Shown here one piece after another: positions 52,966-64,000 of a DNA stretch of 64,000 bases. Source of the stretch: Octopus vulgaris. Its lineage: Eukaryota. The stretch lies in assembly GCA_951406725.2 (NCBI GenBank), contig OX597818.1, positions 22,258,001 through 22,322,000 on the forward strand, written 5' to 3'. Position 1 is the first letter of the stretch; every line of letters starts with the position of its first letter. The notes beneath the pieces were generated by a model. It saw nothing but the letters and a program-made list of their open reading frames with translations, did no database searches and had not been told where the DNA came from. The translations under genes were made by a program, and so were the position numbers.

Positions 52966-53899
52966 TTTATTTTTTATTGCAGAGGGGTACATTTGATTGA
53001 ATAAACTCCCAATTCATGCCTGTTCATTAACTTATTGACAGATCTGACAGATTTTTTTTTTTTTACTGCTTGGTAAGGGAAGGAAGGGCAAGGGCCTCCA
53101 AGACTGGAGAAAAGAAAAATAGTGAAGTTATCTTCAAACTGGAGACCTGGTAGAAAAACTTGCAACAGAATCATCCCCACTTTTGATACCTGAAAGCCAG
53201 ATGGTGGTGTTAAACTGGGTGAAACATTAAATCAAGAATTCAGAATACAAAGAACCAGAATGAATACTGAAAGGCATTTCACCTGACATTTAATTCCACC
53301 AATCCACCTGCCTAGACTTGTACTTTATTTTATTAATCTCCAAAGAATGTAAAACAAAGTTGACCTCAGCGATATTTGAATTCAGGGTGCTGGAACAAAT
53401 ACCAGAAAGCATTTTATCTTATACTCTTATGATTCTGCCTAATGAATTACTTGTCATGAAACTTGGGCTGTCTTAAACCTTTTGTTACCATTATTTCTGT
53501 TGAAGAAATCTGCTTTGTTTCAATTAATTTTGAAAACGATGAAGAATTTAGTGAAATAAGTTTGTCATTATTAAGCTGGTGTTTGAAACATAAACAAACA
53601 TGAAAATTTGATGGAAGGCTTTGATTTAGATCACTTTAAAACAGAAAGTTTGTAACATGGAATGAGGGGTGTTCATGGGTAGGTTGGTATGAAAAGGGTG
53701 AAACTTAGGAGATAGAAATATATATTGTAAAGAGTTTTTGTCATTGTGTATTTCCTCATCATTAGTGCTAACAGCAATAATGATAATAATAGTGATTTGA
53801 ATTTGTTGAGGACCACTTAGGTGAATGGTCCAGAGCACACAGTCAATATCTGAGAGGTACGGAGTTTGATTTTCCATAGCCACCTAGACGCAACTTTTA

Positions 53900-54052
53900 T
53901 AGGCACAGGTGTGGCTGTGTGGTTAGAAGTTTGCTTCTTAACCACATGATTCTGAGTTCAGTTCCACTGTGTGGTACCTAGGGCAAGTATTTTCTACCAT
54001 AGCCTTGGGCTGGGTGGATTTCGTAGAGGAAAACTAAAAGAAACGTGTTGTG

Positions 54053-54134
<82 letters not shown>

Positions 54135-54352
54135 CATGTCTGTGTCTGTGTTTGTCCCCCGCCACTGCTTGACAACTGGTGTTGGTGTGTTTATATCCCT
54201 GTAGCTTAGAGGTTTGGCACAAAGATTGATAGAATAAGTACTAGACTTTAAAAAATAAGTCCTGGGGTTAATTCATTCCACTAAAAACTCTACAAGGTAG
54301 TGCCCCAACATGGCCACCATCAAATGACTGAAACAAGTAAAAGATAAAAGAT
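53900..54352 (+). mobile_element. SINE family B
   Basis: ggcacaggtgtggctgtgtggt...gactgaaacaagtaaaaga. Confidence 0.85.
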
Positions 54353-55730
54353 AGGCACCAGGCCTCAAGTTTAGTGGAAGGGTTATAGTTGATTGGCATA
54401 TATTTAATCAATTGCAGAGTTTGACTTAAGCTAGATTTTTAACTCAAAACATAAAGGGATTAATTTATAACTGCTTGTATTATCTTGTTCACCATTCATT
54501 CTGCTAATCAACACCTTCAATGTTTGTTATAATGAAGTTAAATTAAATACAGATTATATGTAACTGGAACACTGCCTATTATACTTGATAACTCTCTGAA
54601 GTAATGAAATAGAAGTTAAACAACAACTACAAAGAGCAGTGTTTCTAATAATAATAATAATAATAACAACAATCTTTTCTATTATAGGCACAAGGCCTGG
54701 ATTTTTGTGGGGTAGGGGCCAATCGATCACATTGACCCCAGTACTTGGCTGGTACTTAATTTATCGACCCTGAAAGGATGAAAGGCAAACTTTGAACTCG
54801 GCATGTAGTGACAATGTGAAATACTGCTGAGCATTTTTGTCCAGCGTGCTAACAATTCTGCCTGCTCGCCACCTTAAAAATAATAATAATAATGTTTCAA
54901 ACTTTGGCACAAGGTCAGCAGTTTTGGGGGAGAGGGTTAATCAATAACATTGACTCTAGTGCTCCACTGGTACTTATTTTGTTGACCCGTAATGATGAAA
55001 GGCAAAGTTATCATCTGGATTTGAACTTGGAACATATAGGGCTGAAAAAATGCCACTAAGCATATTGTCCAATATGATAATGATTCTTTCAGTTTGCCAC
55101 CTTTAATGGATTCAAATTTTGGCATAAGGCCAGCAATTTTAGTGGGGTTAGTTGATTCATCAACTCCATAATGTGACTGTACTTAATTTATCAACCCAGA
55201 AAGGATGAAAGGCAAAGTTGACTGTGGCAGAATTTGAACTCAAACGTAGTGATAGGGGAAATACTGATAAGCATTTTGTCCAGTGTGCTAATAATTCTGC
55301 CAACTAACTGCCTTAAATAATAATAATAATAATAATAATAATTATTTCTACTCTAGGCACAAGACCCAAAATTTTTAAGGAGGGTACCAGTCAATAAGAC
55401 TGACCCCAGTACACAACTCGTACTTAATTTATGGACCCTGAAAGGATGAAAGGCAAAGTTAACTGTGGCAGAATTTCAACTCAGAACATAACGACGGACG
55501 AAATTCAGCGTGCTAACAATTCTGCCAGTTTGCCACCTTAAATAATAATAATCACTTATTTTTTCTCTTACATTGATAGGGAAGAACATGGAAGGTGAAA
55601 TGTTTTATGTCTTTAGCTATGATTATGATAATGATGGTTTCAAGATTTGGCATAAGCCCAGCAATTTCAAGGAAAGGGCTAAGTCAGTTACATTTGGCCC
55701 CAGTGCCCAACTGGTATTTATTTTATTGTA
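54352..55730 (-). mobile_element. head-to-tail array of about six SINE family A copies
   Basis: Same-orientation units separated by (AAT)n. Confidence 0.85.
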
Positions 55731-55820
55731 AGTTTGTTTTTGTTTAGTTACAAGTCAGTTCCAATTCAGCTGAGTTTCCAACTAGGACCATCTTGTCTTT
55801 TTTGCAATTATTCATTATTC

Positions 55821-56010
55821 AGACTTCTTGGAAAAGACCATGGAGACTTCCTGGAAAAGTCCATGGAGATATTGTGACTTCCTGGAAAAGTTCACATAGA
55901 CATGGAAAATCCATGGAAACTTCTTGGAAAAACCCATGGAGACGTGGGGACTTTCTCGAAAAGTCCATGGAGACTTCCTGAAAACGTCTATGGAGACATG
56001 GAAGGAGACT
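55821..56010. repeat. degenerate minisatellite, core ~23 bp GACTTCCTGGAAAAGTCCATGGA
   Basis: About six imperfect copies. Confidence 0.85.
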
Positions 56011-56409
56011 TTGAGTTAAGTTAACTTTTGAGTTTACTTAGAATCTCATGTTATAAACTCTGAGCTCTGGCTATTTTCATATTCTTACCAATACCTTTGA
56101 AAAAAAGGTATTAGTACTCTTGTCACTGAAGTCAGAAGTAGTTATTAGGTTGCTAGGATTAGTGTCAGTAAATGCCTGTTGACTTTTAGATGGAAATTGT
56201 TATATAATGCTTTCAAATGTCCAATTTAACAGACACTAATTTGACTATTTTCTACACTGTAAAGCCATCAAATCAGATTTAAGGACTTGTTTCTAAGAAC
56301 ATATTAGTAGCTTTTGATTTTGTATTTCATTTAACTTGTGTGTGTGTGTCTGTGTGAGTGTGATTTATCTGAAGAAATTGTCTCTTTACAATAATTGCCT
56401 CCAGGGCGT

Positions 56410-56500
56410 GAGTGTGTGCATGCACATGTGCGAGTGTCCATGCACATGTGCGAGTGTGCGTGCACATGTGCGAGTGTGCATGTGCGTGTGTGCATCCGTG
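56410..56500. repeat. 20-bp minisatellite TGCACATGTGCGAGTGT(G/C)C(A/G)
   Basis: Three near-perfect copies from 56421. Confidence 0.85.
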
Positions 56501-56658
56501 CACCTCTGCCCATACAAGCATATTTTTCTTTTCAAGTAATACCTTCATGTTTGTGCATCAACATAACCACCATTTAATGACTGAAAGCAATAAAATACAT
56601 TCTTTTTTTAAAATAGATTTTGTAGGGACAAACTTTCAATATTTTACAATGTAATTTT

Positions 56659-56986
56659 TATTACCGCTGCCTCAGCAAAGGTGGAGGTATTGTTTTCTGT
56701 CGTGTTTGTTTGTTTGTCCTTCTACAAGATATCTCAAGAACTGCGGGATGGATATGGATGAAACTTTCAGGGATGTTTGGCCTCATGACTGGCATAAACT
56801 GATTAGATTTTGGGATTGATCTGGTACCGGACAAGGATTCTGGATTATTTTTCTGTTTTTTTTTACTTAATTTTTGTGAGCAGTTGGGTTCATTTTTTAG
56901 TATACTCATTTGTGGCTAATCGTTCAGAGGACGTTGGTGTTGCTTTGGCGGACAGAGGTTTGCGCTTTCTGAGTGCTCATGTTATT
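56659..56986 (+). mobile_element. Helentron-associated (HINE/DINE-like) non-autonomous element
   Basis: ttattaccgc...aaaggtggaggtattgttttc, (GTTT)n, subterminal ttggcgga and 3' hairpin gcgctttctgagtgc before a T-rich end. Confidence 0.6.
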
Positions 56987-57114
56987 TAATGCAATTTTGC
57001 TAAGCATTTCCTTTTGCCCATTACTCCTACTCCTCCAGAATTTCAACCTTTTTAAAATCTCCAGTTTGCATACATTGTTTTTCCCATATCTGTTGACCTA
57101 CATAACTTAATCTT

Positions 57115-57325
57115 TTATCTTTTACTTATTTCAGTCATTGAAGTGTAGCCATGCTGGGGCACCACTTTGAAGGGTTTAGTTGAAGAAATCAACTCCAGTA
57201 CTTATTGTTTTATAGCCTGGTGCTTACTTTATCAGTCACTTTTGCTAAACTGCAAAGCTATGGGGATGTAAACAAAGTAACACCAGTTGTCATGGTGGTG
57301 GGGAACAAACACAAAGACACACACA
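57115..57325 (-). mobile_element. SINE family B 3' half
   Basis: ttttacttatttcagtcattg...gctggggcacc. Confidence 0.75.
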
Positions 57326-57597
57326 CAAGGGGGTGCTGAAAAGTTCCTGACTCTAAGGGTATCATGAAAAGCCTGGTTGGAGGTCCAACCTTCTGGGTTC
57401 TTTGACAGGGCTTACAAAAACTAAATGGCCACTGCAATAAGTGTGAATCTGAGAGGAAAATATGTTGAATAAAATCATAATTAATCAGCTCTCCTGTATT
57501 TTCTTTTAACCCAAAGTCAGGAACTTTACAGCACCCCATCATAAGTGTAGGTATATGCCCTGTAGATTTCTGTATATCTATGTGTGTATATGCAGAT

Positions 57598-57636
<39 letters not shown>

Positions 57637-57653
57637 CATACATACACATATAT

Positions 57654-57712
<59 letters not shown>

Positions 57713-58769
57713 AATGCCAGAAAGTTCCTGGCTTTAAGGGCATCATGAAAGGCCTGATTGAAGGTCCAACCTTCTGAGTTCTTTGACAGGCCTTGCAAAA
57801 ACTGAAGGGCCGCTGCGATAAATGTGTGAATCTGAGGGGGGAATATGTTGAATAAAACCATAATTATTTTCTTTAACTCAAAGCCAGGAACTTTTCAGCA
57901 CCCCGTCGTAAGTGTTGGTATATGCACTTGTAGATGTCTCTATATCTGTATGTGTGTATATGCAAATGTTTATACACACACACACACACACAGGGCCAGA
58001 TGTTAGGGGTGATGTGATCACAGAAATTGTCTGACAGCCATGACTGGGTTATTTTGCTTGTGTGGCATGGTGCAGAGTCCTGTTGCCAGACAATAGGGTC
58101 TTCCAGCAGCTACCCTCTTGACCCAGGGCAGCACTACGTCCTCCAGACACTTGATGTAGGCCTCTGTATTGAGTCTGAGGCCATGTGGAAAGATGAATTG
58201 GGGTATAATGCCACCATCACTAGTGATCACTCCAAACACCATGATGCTGACTGGATGTTTGATTTTTATCACTCTTGGTACATGTCCTCAGATTTACATA
58301 CAAACACTCTGAAATGTTCATATTGGAGCTTTCTGCTTGAATTCTAAGCAGTACAGTGTGTCATTTCCAAATTTCTGGCAGAGTGAATTATGGCATGCTG
58401 CTGTTTTTCTCACAGATGGTGCTCAACTGACCCAACTATACTGTGTAGTCGACAACAAAATCAAAAACAAACAATGCGCATGCATGAAATAAAAAAAATA
58501 TAAAATGGCAACAATTTACCCATCACACCCTGTATATATATATACACATACGAGGAGGTGCCGAAAAGTTCCTGGCTTAAAGGGTATCGTGAAAGGCCTG
58601 ATCGGAGGCCCAACTTTCTAAGTTCTTTTACAGGGCTTAGATAAACTGAAGAACCGCTGCAATAAGTGTGTGAATCAAAGAGGGGAATATGTTGAATAAA
58701 ATTATAATTAACTGATCCTCCAATATTTTCTTTTACCCAAAGTCAGGAACTTTTCAGCACCTGCTCATA
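57326..58769. mobile_element. three copies of a ~210-bp mariner-derived MITE (57326-57543, 57707-57910, 58551-58769)
   Basis: TIRs gggtgctgaaaagttcctg / caggaacttttcagcaccc; interior encodes a transposase C-terminus (GLxKL..RCxKCVNLRGEYVE*). Confidence 0.85.
57992..58533 (-). mobile_element. Tc1/mariner-superfamily (DD37D/maT-like) transposase fragment
   Basis: KHPVSIMVFGVITSDG...YIKCLEDVVLPWV; QQDSAPCH in shifted frame; end (minus) TA-CAGGGTGTG. Confidence 0.75.
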
Positions 58770-59037
58770 AATATATACATCCACACACACACACACGGTA
58801 CCATTGAAGTTTCTTAACAATACAACCAATGCCTGCAACTGGATGTCAAACTAAATATAAAACACCTTAACCTTTTTGATATCAACTCATCTGAGATCAC
58901 TGCTAGTTCTTTGATGCAAACTTCCTGTTTTAAACATTATCAAAATTTGATGTGAATTTATGTCCCTATCGCCAGATTCCTGATGACAAAGTTATTTTAC
59001 TAAATTCATCATAATTTTCAGAATCAATTTAAATATA

Positions 59038-59366
59038 TAAGGTAAAGACCACCTTTGTTCAAGAATGACCAGGAATTGCACCTAGAAAGTTACCCTCTGA
59101 GGCACAAGTCCAGGGAAGGTTGTCTATGGAAGACTAGCAGTCACCCATGCAAAGCAGCTTCCTCTCTTCATGCCACCAATGTTATCCAAGGGAGAGGTGA
59201 AGGCCGAGATAGCTTGGCACGATTGATGTAACTTATTTCTACAGAAGAGTGAACTGGAGCAATGTGAAATATAGTGTCTTGCTCAAGAACACAACACACA
59301 GCCCAGTCCAGAAATTGAACTCACTACATCATGGTTGTGAGCCTGACACTAAGCCATGTGCCTTTA
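59038..59366 (-). mobile_element. third tRNA-derived SINE family with 13-bp TSD
   Basis: TSD caatttaaatata at 59025-59037 and 59367-59379; CORE-like cttgagcaagacact on minus. Confidence 0.75.
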
Positions 59367-59999
59367 CAATTTAAATATAGGCAGTGCATTTTAGAAATAT
59401 AGTCCCTCAGACACAATAAACTCTCCCCAGACACAAATAAAGTAACAAAAGTATTAATCATACCATTCTAAGAAGATATGTTTAAAAAAATAGAGGAAAC
59501 AGTTCCCCATTTTTTGGCTGACAAACAAAAAGAAAGAGAATATATATTCCTTTCTGCGTGTCCTTGTTGTTGTTGTTTAACCCTAGGTGAGCTTTGATCC
59601 AGCCGATCTATGATCAAAGACATTCCAGTTATGACTGATCCATATCCAGTTAAGTAAAATTGAGGCAATAAAAACATGTCCTTTATGTCCATGTTCCTCC
59701 CACCTCACTACACACACAATCTGTTCTTGACAAATGTCTCCCCCTTATCCCATCTTCCCCAACACCCTCTCTCTCAAATGTGTTCACCACTCACTGTATT
59801 TCCACACCCCTATCTCCCACCCTCCCTTGCAGACCTACCTACATACAATACTTCTCTGTCAAATCTATCCCCTGAAACAAACTCTCCTAACACTTCCTCC
59901 CTTTACCTCTTCCCACTCACAATCTCACAAACTTACCCACTCACCTTATCCAAGCCCTGGTTCACTTCAATCTATGCACCTCCCTGTAACTTGTGTGTA

Positions 60000-60062
60000 C
60001 ATCCCGTCCACCCTGTCACATCCCGTCCACCCTGTCACATCCCGTCCACCCTGTCACATCCT
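60000..60062. repeat. 19-bp tandem repeat x3
   Basis: catcccgtccaccctgtca. Confidence 0.9.
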
Positions 60063-62539
60063 CACTGTCTTATCTCTTTCCAACTGAGGCAGACATGTAT
60101 CTCCTCTTCTACAAGACACCTATTTCTGTTCTTCTGTTCTTATTCTAACTTCTCATCACATGGCACAAAGCCACCTTCCTCAATATTACTCCCACCTTAG
60201 TTGAGAGGTCTTTTGTTGCTAGTTATTTAGTGACCTTGCTGCTGCAGCTGCCAGATAGAAAGCACCCAGGTACAATGTAAAGTAGATGGCATTAGGAAGA
60301 GCATCCAGCCATAGAAATCATGCCAAAACAGACTGTCAAACTTGGTACAGTCTTCTGACTTGCCAGCTCCTGTCAAAATGTCCAACCCATACCAGCATGG
60401 AAAGAGGATGTTAAAAGCTGATGATGATGATAATGACACAGAATATCTATGATTACATTATCCAATATGTCCTTCCTCTTTTAAGCTAGTGGGATGTGAT
60501 TTGAGGAAGATTTTGCTGTTTTTTGTAGCAGATCTAGCCACCGCTTACAGAAGCTTTAGTTGTCTATTGTTAAAAATGTATAACTCTCAGTCCATCCTTA
60601 GGTAGCACAACGTGGAATAGCTCATGCCTGTAAACAGTGGCAGCTCTATAGAATTACAATTTGTTGTTAGTCAAAAGGCTGAGAAGAATTGTTTCATTAA
60701 CTCAGATGTATATAGGTCTCTCCCTGCCCATTAGCTTGGACCATGATAGAAGTGGTATCAACAGGGCTCTCTGCTTTCATCCCTATTACCATCTGCTTCA
60801 GAAAGGATACTAAAAAGAATTCTGTGTGTGATGCTGGTAATCAAAAATTTTGACTATATAGTCTCCTCCTTCTCTTCCTTCTTAGGGCACTTAAAAACAC
60901 CCTAGATATTGATGTTCTTTTGAGTTATTGAATAATTATTGACAATGTTTTGATTCATAAATGTAAATTTTTTTGATTCTCTAGTTGTTTCAGACTTTAA
61001 TTCTATAAGTGGCTAATGTTAAACTTTTGATGTGTGCTTGTAGCAATGTGTTTGTGTGTATGCAAGAGCACTGTATAATTCATTTATTATTATCATTATT
61101 ATTATTATTATTGCTATCATTATTTTCTATTATTCTTTTTTACAGCACTCCAGATGTTGATGATAACATTGTTTGGGTAATTAAAATATTTTTGATATAT
61201 TTTCACTCACAAGTACAAGCTTTTTGATTCGATTATTAACCCTCCTTCCCTTCCATATACACACAACTGTAACTCTAAAAGATATCCTGTTCTAACATTT
61301 GTCCCTTTCTACATTTCTATTTTTATTTGCAATAAGTAAGGTACAGTGGTGGTGGGGTTAACTTTGGTGCTGGGTGAATGACCCACAGAGTCATAATTTC
61401 AGATCTAACCACAGCCATTGTGTTGCAACCCTGAGCACAGTGCATGATTTAGCTTGCTTTTGTTTTGCCTGACTAAATATTAAAAAAAAAGATCTTAATT
61501 CGCAGGCGTTACCACAAGGCAGGGTGTCAGCTATCTGTAAAAGCATTTAGTGCAACAACCGAACCATTTGATCTAATTCAAACAAATGTAACTAAATAAT
61601 AGATATAATACAAATGTTTGGTAAACGCCATACACAAGCATCTCATAAACTGTGTCTGTTGAATTGGATTTTGGATTATCATGATCTTTGAATAAGGCAT
61701 GAATATCGCAGCTAGTTTCTCCCAATGGATTTTTACATTGGTTACCATTTTGAGTATTTCACTTGTTCAACCAACAAAACTATCTACTTATTGCATTATA
61801 GTTGAATAGATGTGGCTGTGTATTCCTGAGACACTTGAACATCTTAACATAATTATCAGGCATAACCAATGTGATACATCAAGTGAAATAGCTGGCCTCT
61901 TAATTAATTAGTACAGTCTATCCAACAGGCTTTTTATGCAGTTTCTGTCTACCTAATTTCTTTTACAAAAATTTGGTAGTATACACTTGCTCCAGAGGTT
62001 GTGCTGTGGGGTTGAACCAAGGGACATTATGATAGTGAAGTAAACTTCTTGACCACTTAATCACACCTACATTTCTGCTTGGGCAATTCAACAAACTCAG
62101 ACTGCATGACCAATAAAGCCCTGTCTTTTGTGTGGCTAAAGAAAACAGGTGTTATTATTTGTCTCCAAGTCACTTCTGATTGAGCAGATTTATGATCAGA
62201 TATTCCAGCTGTGACATTCCTGTTACTTTTCATGCATAGAGCCATCAAGGGAGTTAAATCTACATTTTTAGACTAACAAAGCAGGCACTATATTGTTGCT
62301 CAATTTATTAGAAATAGAAGCGAAATCTTCTTGAAATCATATCTTAGTGTTTATTTTTCACCTCATCCTGTATTGTAATATTTGTGCATGTATCTTCTTA
62401 ATGGAATTGGATTTAGTAAATTCTTATCAATGATCGATTTCAACCATCTTATCCCTAAGACTGGTAAAGGTAGTTGACAAAAACAGTATTATATTTTTCC
62501 TGCAGGGCTTCAGTCATAGTTGAAAGATGTTGTTATTAT

Positions 62540-63570
62540 GTAGGGAGATAGACCAGCAGAATTGTTAGTGTTGAACAAAGTGTTTTGTGGTGTTTAGTTG
62601 CATCTCTTTATGTTCTCAGTTCAAATCTCACTGAGATCGGCTTTGCCTTTTATCCATCTGGGTTTGATAAGTCCCAATCAATTACTGAAGAAATTTTCAT
62701 TGATTATACTCCCCATCAAAAATAAAATTTGTGGTCTAATATGTGAAAATCGTTATTTCTTGGTGAATTTAGGTTGGTGGATTGGTAGAATCATTAGAAC
62801 ACTGGATAAAATGCCTTGCAATTTTTAATTATTGCTCTTCAAATCATTCTGAAGTTTCCTTTGCTTTTCATCTTTCTGGGGTCAATAAACTAAAATACCA
62901 GTCAAGTACTGGGTTGATAGTATTGGCTATTCCCTCTAAATATGCTACAAACAATCATTATTACTAGAAATCTCTCATTGTTTGGCTTACCACAGTCCTG
63001 TCAAATGAAACTTGTTAATTCTTTACACATTCTTTTAATACTATTTAGATCTAAAAAAAAACCCTGTTTTTTTTCCTCTGTCATTTCTAACTAATAATAA
63101 ATAATATGTATTTAGGGTGCAGGTATAGCTGTGTCAAGAAATTTGTTTCCCCAACCACATACTTCCAAGTTCAGTCCGACCACACAGCACATTAGTCAAG
63201 TGTCTTCTACTATTCTACTATAGTCCTGAGTTGACCAAAGCCTTATAAATAAATCTAGTATATGGATACTGAAAGAAGCTTGTCATAAATATATATTTGT
63301 GTGCACATGGGTGAGTGTGTGTGTTTGTGTTTCCTTGCCATGACATTGCAAGATAATTGTGAATGAGTATCACCATCTTAAAAATAGTGTTGATTGTTTC
63401 CAACTTTCCAAGAAAAGCATGTCTGAAAATGGGGAAATATTACCTTGCTTGTTAAAAGATAAGGGTTGGCAAGAGGAAGGGCATCTAGCCATAAAAAATG
63501 TGCTGTAACAGATTTCATCTCATTCATGCAAGCAAGGATAAGTTGACATCAAAGTTATGATGATATATAT
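62540..63570 (+). mobile_element. old SINE A copies (62540-62960) and SINE B-headed element with RTE-like tail (63115-63570)
   Basis: Diverged SINE motifs; ggttggcaagaggaagggcatc tail. Confidence 0.65.
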
Positions 63571-64000
63571 ACACACACACACTTTAAGTTTTATATTTTA
63601 GACTTGCATTACTGCATGTTACTGTTTTTCCCCATAACTAAGATTTTATTATTAATCTCATAATAAAATCTTAGTCATGTGACAAAATGACAAAAGACCA
63701 AGATACCCAGTGCCTTGCTGTACTCAAGAAGATCCATTCTCCACTGCAGAAATGTTAAGGCTAGTGAAGAAGATTGTGTTGTGAGAATCCTGTGCCAGTG
63801 CCATGTTAAAAGCACCCAGCACACACTCTAAAATGGTTGGCATTAGGAAGGACATCAAGCCATAGAAAGCAAGCCATATCAGACTGGAACTTGGTGCAGC
63901 TTGCCAGCTCTGGTCAAACCATCCAATCCTTGCCAGCAGGGATGTTAAAAGGATGATGATGATAATGTGAAATGCAGTAATATAAAACTCAGTATAAAAT

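Noticed and set aside
52983-53072. Possible 90-nt plus-strand exon
   Set aside because: Acceptor derives from a SINE tail, stops in all frames, contains a T-run
55821-56010. CRISPR-like appearance of palindromic repeats
   Set aside because: Eukaryotic context, degenerate repeats, no unique constant-length spacers, no cas genes
59676-60200. 174-aa Pro/Ser/His-rich ORF
   Set aside because: C/T-biased low-complexity strand of an old repeat containing a 19-bp tandem repeat

Overview
Eukaryotic, AT-rich, repeat-dense animal DNA, most likely an octopus (coleoid cephalopod), inferred from the dense tRNA-derived SINEs, RTE/Dong LINEs, mariner/Helitron MITEs, extreme microsatellite load and a tandem C2H2 gene. 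Only one convincing host CDS is present: a 10-finger C2H2 zinc-finger exon (+, 4351-5759) whose recognition helices repeat with a period of four fingers. Three promoter-like, CpG-retaining zones occur at ~450-780, ~23460-23730 (YY1 plus a tandem RFX X-box pair, facing left) and ~27060-27250 (NRF1 palindrome plus splice donor, facing right). The left-facing promoter lines up with a chain of minus-strand exons with good splice sites but no shared ORF (candidate spliced lncRNA converging on the zinc-finger gene). The right-facing promoter appears to start a large plus-strand gene whose CDS is mostly or entirely outside the window. The rest is nested transposon debris, including a Ty1/copia fossil missing from the ORF track and a Dong/R4 element inserted in a SINE (ATT)n tail. 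Most ORFs in the supplied track are microsatellite artefacts. Repeat boundaries were read by eye and are approximate; no database searches were run.
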